Origin: Octopus vulgaris
Taxonomy: Eukaryota
Assembly: GCA_951406725.2 (NCBI GenBank)
Contig: OX597821.1
Span: 20,460,001 to 20,524,000, forward strand
Length of the DNA stretch: 64,000 bases
Direction: 5' to 3'
The notes under the pieces are model-generated. The model was not told the origin of the DNA, did no database searches, and saw only the letters and a list, made by a program, of their open reading frames with translations. Made by a program: the position numbers and the translations under genes. Shown here piece after piece: positions 57,013 through 64,000 of the stretch (the stretch's first letter is position 1; every line of letters begins with the position of its first letter).

Positions 57013-58019
57013 CATTCACCAGTGCATATAAATTTGACATAAGCGATTCTTTATCGTCTTGGAATTCACGGTCAAACGGTTGGGTGGAATTGCGAGAAAA
57101 ATTACAAAAAATGTGTAGAATGATCCGGTGGTGTTGCTGGGCTTTGTATTTTTTCATAGCCCCCATGGTTACCGAGATAATCTACTATAATAATACTCTT
57201 GTGTTTATGAATGAGAAAGGAAGGGTGATAGATGAATCAGTAAGGAAGGGTGATGTCACACTCGGTAGTGGGATGATGAATATTGTACGCTGAAAACAAT
57301 AAATCAAACAGTGTTTCAACTCTGTGTGAATATATGTGTGTGTATGTAAAAGGGGGTATGTGAATATGTGCGTGTGTGCGTGTGTGTTTGTATGTATGCG
57401 AGTGCGCGTGCATTGGTCTCTCTTCTCCATGTTTCCTTCACGTATATTCCGCTGCTATTTTTTGCAACCAATCACGCCACGTAAGTTCAGTTTATTCCGT
57501 TCATTGCATGTGTGCACAGTCGTTAATTATTTCCTTTCTTTAAAAGAAGTATTACGTCGCCTGAAGATCTACTGTTTCCTCATTGACCCGTTTTTCAAGG
57601 CATGTTTCGGTTGCGATTATCTTCGATCAGTGAACTTAAATATTAATTCTATTCGTTTAGAGTTTCTGCTACCGACGGCCGTTTTACATTGTATTTACGT
57701 CGAGTTGTTTACCAAAGTACAATTTATACGATTGTTTGCCTACATACAACAACTTCACTGTCATATTCTTGATTTTACATTCATTGTTGAAGTTTAGATT
57801 AGGCACAATGACTACATTAGACTTTGATTACAAAAATTAAAATAATTTTGGCTATATCGGAGTATTGAAACGTTTCAGTTACTACAGCTATCGGCAACTT
57901 AACATTTTTATTAATTTGGGTTCTTAAAATATTTTGTCTTTTTTAACCATTATTTTTGGTGTTTGAATACAAAGAGGGGATAGATATTTAGAAGATAGGT
58001 TTTACCATAACATCAACCA

Positions 58020-58051
58020 AACTACCTGGGTGAAACCGGGAAAACCGCTAG
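58020..58051 (+). mobile_element. Probable Helitron 3' terminus (5' extent unresolved)
   Basis: cctgg-gtgaaa-ccggg hairpin followed 7 nt later by CTAG and then T. Confidence 0.55.
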
Positions 58052-58334
58052 TGTACATATATAACACATAATTAATGTAATCAGATACATACATGTGTGT
58101 GTATGTGTAAATATTTCGGGTCATGCTCCTAAGGTAGAAAATATATATAATTTGAAGCAGAACGAATTCAAAAACGGGAGATGCGTAAATACACACGCAC
58201 ACAAAGGCCAAGAAACAGGGGGTGCATGTAGTACGCTTGCAGTCACTAAAATTCTTTTGGGGGAGGGTACAAGAGAGAGAGGGTGTGTATTCCACACAAA
58301 GGAATACATATCAATCTACCGGTATATATGTGTT

Positions 58335-58487
58335 TATTTCCGCCAAGGTCGACTTTGCCTTTCATCCTTTCGGGGTCGATAAATTAAGTAACAGTTACGG
58401 ACTGGGGTCAATGTAATCGACTTAATCCCTTTGTCTGTCCTTTTTTGTCCCTTCTATGTTTAGTCCCTTGTGGGCAATAAAGAAATA
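58335..58487 (+). mobile_element. SINE family B, 5'-truncated
   Basis: ttccgccaaggtcgactttgcctttcatcctttcggggtcgat...cccttgtgggcaataaagaaat. Confidence 0.85.
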
Positions 58488-59119
58488 TGTATTTATGTGT
58501 TTATGTTAGTGCCTATATATGTCTACTAATAAATGAATGTTTCTTCTTTCAACAAGCGCATAAGCTTCATTTACGTCTGCCTCGAGAATAAAAGAGAACA
58601 AGAATTTTGGGTGACTCTTAAAATGGCAACCGATATAAAAAGAGATTAATAAAATATATTACTCTAAAATTTGGGTCACAATATTATAAAAAATTCAATA
58701 GTATATCACATTACTCTAAAAGCTCCTTTATAATATTGTAAAACATATTGAATAATACAGTCTATACCACTAAAATAGAACAAATGTTTAAGTTAAAACA
58801 GTCATCTATATTTTACTGTGGACATGTCCCAAGTTGTTATTCGGGTCTAAAATTATGGCAGCGTTATAGTACCTGCATTATTTCAGGAGTATTAAGTGCA
58901 TCAGTATGTAGACTTAAGTGTGTTTGGGTATTCAATGCAATAATGTCCTTTCAACAAGTATGCAATCTACGAATTATAAATTATATTATAAGTTTGTGTT
59001 AAATATTCTCATATGTTGTCAATAACATGAATGACGATCGTCATTTATATAGGTGTAAGGATATGGTGTTACCGTTCAGTAACCTCTCTATTAGGGCTTC
59101 TTGCATTCATAACAAAAGC

Positions 59120-59165
<46 letters not shown>

Positions 59166-59185
59166 GATATATATATATATATATA

Positions 59186-59229
<44 letters not shown>

Positions 59230-59326
59230 GAAATACTTATAACTAAAATAATGTGCCTGAGTATACATTCGCACATACAAGGGCGCCCGGTCTTTATCAC
59301 GCGAATATATATAAACACACACACAC

Positions 59327-59395
<69 letters not shown>

Positions 59396-59796
59396 TATGT
59401 ATATGTATATATGCATGTATGTATGTATCTCTCTCTCTCTATCTATATATATATACAGAGAGAGAGACAGAGAGAGATGTGTTGATGCAAAGAGGAAAAG
59501 TAAAACTCAATATATTAGTATATGTATACATATATATTTTTATTAGTATTTAGCAGAAGTAACACAATGTTACTACTGCTGTGTCTTTCTTGGGCTAAAT
59601 ACAACAGTAACATCGTCCTGTATGGGACGGCCACATTTAATTGGCAAATATATTTTACGATTCCGTACTGTTACTGTATACCTCTCGCACAGAGATTTAA
59701 TAGAGCTTATTTCTCCTTTTTCGAGATCAGCGACAGTTTGTTACTAGAAAAAGTACATAGTATTTTGCGAGTGGAATGAGTTTTCATCACTAACTG

Positions 59797-59855
59797 GTGA
59801 TTATCACACACTGAAGGCGGGTAACTACTCAGAAACCTGAGTCTATGTGTATCAC
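59797..59855 (+). ncRNA. Degenerate type I hammerhead inside a 347-nt terminally redundant unit
   Basis: gtgat..cacaca-CTGAAGG-c-gggt-aact-actc-a-GAAA-cctgag-TC-tatgtg..atcac. Confidence 0.6.
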
Positions 59856-60023
59856 GTAAGGAGCGAGGCCCTCCCCTAACAAATACGAAGCAGGCACAGA
59901 CAGTGTGTCGTTAGCCATTTCGAAGAGATGTATTCCTGGCGCTAAAGCCACCAGTAACATCGTCCTCTATGGGACCGTGTGTTTTGTGTATGTGTGTTTA
60001 AGTAAATATTTGTAGGTGTGTGT

Positions 60024-60156
60024 AAGTAAATTCTACAGCTGTTTCGGTAGAACTTTATTAATGCACTCATATATTAGTGATCAATGACGTTTATCCGTTT
60101 AAGTATACCGAAGAAATATCACATGCTTAAAGTCTACCCAGCGTAAATTTTCACTT
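60024..60156 (-). ncRNA. Dead hammerhead relic (core deleted) with long stem II
   Basis: Minus strand: CTG[ANGA missing]-ggtagacttta...taaagttctacc-GAAA-cagctg-TA. Confidence 0.5.
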
Positions 60157-61659
60157 GGTGATGGGTAATGTTATGATGTTTTATCTTCGAATGCGTTGAT
60201 AAAATTCTATTGAAACATTAGTCAGAAATTTGAATGCCATTTCTGTTGATTTTTATACAAATGCCAACCCAAGGATCAACCTCAGCGTCAGATCTACCGT
60301 TTAAATTCGATTTTTTCATATCTGAAGTAAGTTATATAGATAGATTAGATTAGATTAGAATAAATTAGATTAGATAGATAAGATATGATATTTTTCTGTT
60401 TTTCTTCTCCACAGGGGATTTGTAATGAAATGTATGTTTTCAGAATATGCATGTTTGGTAATGTCGTTTTCTGTAAACATAAAAAAAAAGAACAGAACAT
60501 TTACAAGTCCAAGGAAGACTGAAATAACGTGATCTAGTAATCTCGGCTTCGACAATGGTGGGTAATTTATGTCATACAAGCGATGTAAGCAAGAATGCTT
60601 ATAAGCATCACAAGCCTGTATGAGAGGTTATCCCATGATAATTATAGCAGCATTCTGTGTTCTAACACAATATCTACTCTTATGGTATTTCCATTGGTCG
60701 ATCGTCTACTACTGACAAGGTGAAGAAGGGGCGAAATCATGTGATATGGTAATCACGGTGGCAGCTATTAGGCAGGATCTTTCTCTCGCTAGGGGTGTAA
60801 ACAATAGTGCTTATATACACCAACAGCTTATATGAGAGGTTCACTCTTGGTAACTATTATAATATTTTAACAGAACGTTCACTTTTAAGTGAAGATAAAT
60901 AATACCTTCATATATGTATATATAAGTGTGTGTGTGGGGGGGGTGTATGAGTATGTATATGAGAATAGAGCGTTACGCATACATATATATGTATCTCTCT
61001 CCTTCTCTCACTCTTTTATCGCTCTCTCTCTCTCTACGTTTTTTCCACTGTTTTTTTTTTTTTGTCTTTCTCCACACTTCTTCTTAATTCTATATAAATT
61101 CCTGAAGAAGCATTTAAGTTCGAAAATTCTTAGTTTACATCAAACAATTTAATCTGGTCTGTTTTCACCTTGTGTCTTTGTCATTTGCTTATTAATTTTA
61201 AGCGAAATCCGCACACATGCACAACTATACACACAGAGAAAAATGGGAAAGGGGAGAGAGAAAAAGAGAGAGAGAGAGAGAGAGAATGAAAGGCTAATAA
61301 AAAAGGAAAGAAATTAAGGTTTGATTATTATGAATGTGAACAGACTGAGATGAGGGGCGCGCTTTAATTTAAACTAAATTCAATAGTGTCTCTCATTGTA
61401 ATTGTGTTGAAAATTTTACTTCAACTGAGTTTCTTAAATTTCTGCGTAGATAAACACTCTTTCTAGTTTTTATTAAAATCTAAAACAAATAGAATGTGTT
61501 TCGGAAAATGGTTATAACTCGCATGGGACGTTAAACTAAAATACATATCAATAATACACTGAGAGATGCGAGTAATATAATAACAGACTCTCCCGTCATT
61601 AGACGACGTATGAGAGTTCGACAATTTCTTATCGAACTACCAGACAGATCATTTGTTTA

Positions 61660-61842
61660 TAACGATCAAATGTTTGTGTAGACATAAGTTCACTCCTTCC
61701 ATGTCTGGGTGCCACATATCGAAACGGTCGTAGAGCAACGTAAAACGAAGTGCTTTGCTCAAGAACGTAACGGAATGCCCGATCTGGGAATCGAACTCAC
61801 GAACTCTCAATCGTGAGTGCAACACTCTAGCAAGCAAGCCAT
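61660..61842 (-). mobile_element. Diverged tRNA-derived SINE related to family D
   Basis: Minus strand tggcttgcttgctagagtg...gagttcgattcccaga...ttcttgagcaaagcactt. Confidence 0.7.
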
Positions 61843-61859
61843 ATATATACATATATAAT

Positions 61860-62067
61860 TTGCACGCCGGATGAAATGCGTAGCCGTATTTCGTCTGCCG
61901 TTACGTTCTGAGTTCAAATTCTGCCGAGGTCGACTTTGCCTTTCATCCTTTCGGGGTCGATAAATTAAGTACCAGTTACGCACTGGGGTCGATGTAATCG
62001 ATTAAATTTGTTTGTCTGTCCTTATTTGTCCCCTCTATGTTTAGCCCCTTGTGGGTAATAAAGAAAC
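61860..62067 (+). mobile_element. SINE family B with 15-bp target-site duplication
   Basis: TSD atatacatatataat at 61845-61859 and 62068-62082. Confidence 0.9.
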
Positions 62068-62892
62068 ATATACATATATAATATGCAATAGGGCAGATTG
62101 AGAGTGTGAGAACGGTATTAATGGCGTAACATCACAGATTTACTTTCCCACAAGGGCATTCAGACTTCTATAATATTGTGCTGAAATGTGAAACAATTGC
62201 TCTCTAGTTGAACGAGTTTAATAAAAGTAAAACATTTCTGTGTGGCTGCTATGTAAATGTGATTTGACTGGGGATGTATCATAAAATTGCATTTAACGTG
62301 GATTGAAACCGAACCTCACACATTATATGCCAGTATTTTAGTTCTTCCTTTAAAACACTCACCACAGTAATTTATCAATTTTGATAACAGGGATGATCTG
62401 ATAAAAAATAGGTTATTTCGTTCTCATGAAATTATATTTTCGCTTTGACCATATATTTTTTTATCCGTTCTCCTTTACAAATCAAAACTGCAATTTAAAA
62501 CCTCTAAATTATTATCAAACTGTTCTGGCAAACAATAAATTTGAACTTTATCTAAACAGAATAGAAAATCTTCTACAATTAATCATCTTGTTATTTGTGA
62601 TTGTATCGCGGAACGACATTATCGATGGCACGGGAAATATTCTACACAATGACATATTTTAATCTTCGGTTCCTACTCAATTAAATCCAAACTCTGCTAA
62701 CATTTCTTCACGGATATTTTGGTCATTTCTATTGTTGTTGGTGGTGGTGGTGTTGACGTCGTTGTTTAGCTCCTCCTCGTTCCTGATCGAGTACACCTTT
62801 TACAAAATGTGTTCCATCTGTGGCCACTCCACCAAAAGCGTCTAGTACATTATTTTCGATATATATACCATTATTTAAGATAATAATTTCAT

Positions 62893-63060
62893 GAGCTGGG
62901 CGAATGGTTAGAGCGTCGGAAAAATAGTGGCATATCTTCCGGCTCTTTAATTTCTGAGTTCAAATCCCATCGAGATCGAAAAAATACAATTACTATTGCA
63001 GTACTAGAGTGGATTTAATTGACTATCCTTCACCTACAATTGCTGGCCTTGTGCCTAAAT
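62893..63060 (+). mobile_element. SINE family B, diverged and internally deleted
   Basis: gagctgggcgaatggttagagcgtcgg head; tctgagttcaaatccc B-box. Confidence 0.7.
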
Positions 63061-63569
63061 CATGAGTTATTATTTAATATAATTGGGTGACAATCTATAG
63101 ACTACTTTGCTTTAGCATTCGCAAGTAATAATGGTAGATACCTGTAATTTCTGACGTCACCTATATGTTTTGGTAAAATAACATGGGAAGAGTTTCATAC
63201 TGCTGACAGCTTAGTAAGCAATGTTGAGATATGTGTATAAGTAAAAGTCTCAAGAATTCAGCCACTAAGAGTAATAACGTCTCAAAATAGAGACGGACGA
63301 GACATTTTTAAAATCTAGACAAGCGAGTCTTACTGACGTCTGTTGAGATCGTCTTCATTTCTTATACATCTTTGTAGTGATACATTATTACAAGATTATG
63401 TAAGGAATGAAAAACAGTATGCACCAAAGATGAAGTCTAATGAAACTTACTCATGTCAGGAGTTGTTCTCATAACTGCGAAGACTTTATGAAATGAATGT
63501 CTTAAGCATGTGCAACATGGTTAAGCAGCACGGTCAACATCAGTGCAATAAAAGAATTTCTTCCAGACG

Positions 63570-63928
63570 CGTATCTGCCTGGTCTGCAAAATCTCCAGGC
63601 CTCAACGTATGTGCTTTTTTTTTCTTGAGGAGATATATAAAATATCGCGTTTATGTTCCACCGCTACCCACTAACCTCGATGACCTTAAAAGTCGAATAA
63701 CAACGAAGATCAACTCGGTGGATCTTCATATACTGATAAGCGTCTGGGAGAAATTCTCTTATCGCACTAATGTTGCCTGTGCTGTAGATTGTGGCCACAT
63801 TGAACACTTGTAAGACAGGAAATAAAAGTTTATTGTGAGTAAATACTTTTGACTTAGCTGCAGTTTTCTATTGCTTTTCCTTATTAAAATATTGCGTAAT
63901 GAAATCAGTTCATTCATGTTGAATAATC

Positions 63929-63934
<6 letters not shown>
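63570..63934 (+). mobile_element. 3' fragment of a Tc1/mariner-superfamily (maT/rosa-like) transposase and terminal remnant
   Basis: WSAKSPGLNVCAFFFLRRYIKYRVYVPPLPTNLDDLKSRI...GHIEHL* resembles the WPPRSPDLxPxDFFLWGYxKxxVY...GGHIEHL C-terminus; ends in ...ctgTA before (TA)n. Confidence 0.8.

Positions 63935-64000
<66 letters not shown>

Overview
AT-rich eukaryotic DNA saturated with microsatellites ((TA)n, (CA)n, (GA)n, (GATA)n, (TACA)n, (TAA)n, (TCT)n). The composition and SINE families suggest an Octopus or other coleoid cephalopod genome, which is an inference. I found no supportable host protein-coding exon; almost all ORFs in the track are microsatellite translations, so this is probably a large intron or intergenic region. 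Recognisable content: two full-length but dead mariner transposons with TIRs, a third Tc1/mariner 3' fragment, Helitron 3' ends, several R4/Dong-type LINE fragments (RT plus restriction-like endonuclease), a CR1-type 3' fragment, a foldback of gypsy-like gag fragments, and many tRNA-derived SINEs of at least four families. The most interesting signal is a set of type-I hammerhead ribozyme motifs in several unrelated non-coding elements next to microsatellites. These include a near-identical 643/644-bp tandem array (about 3.8 units, one hammerhead per unit, inverted 5' junction), a core-intact hammerhead with an 85-nt stem II, a 347-nt terminally redundant unit and a G3:C8 core-swapped variant. 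Together they look like a Penelope-like-element/retrozyme system. All folds were made by eye, and no activity or novelty is demonstrated.
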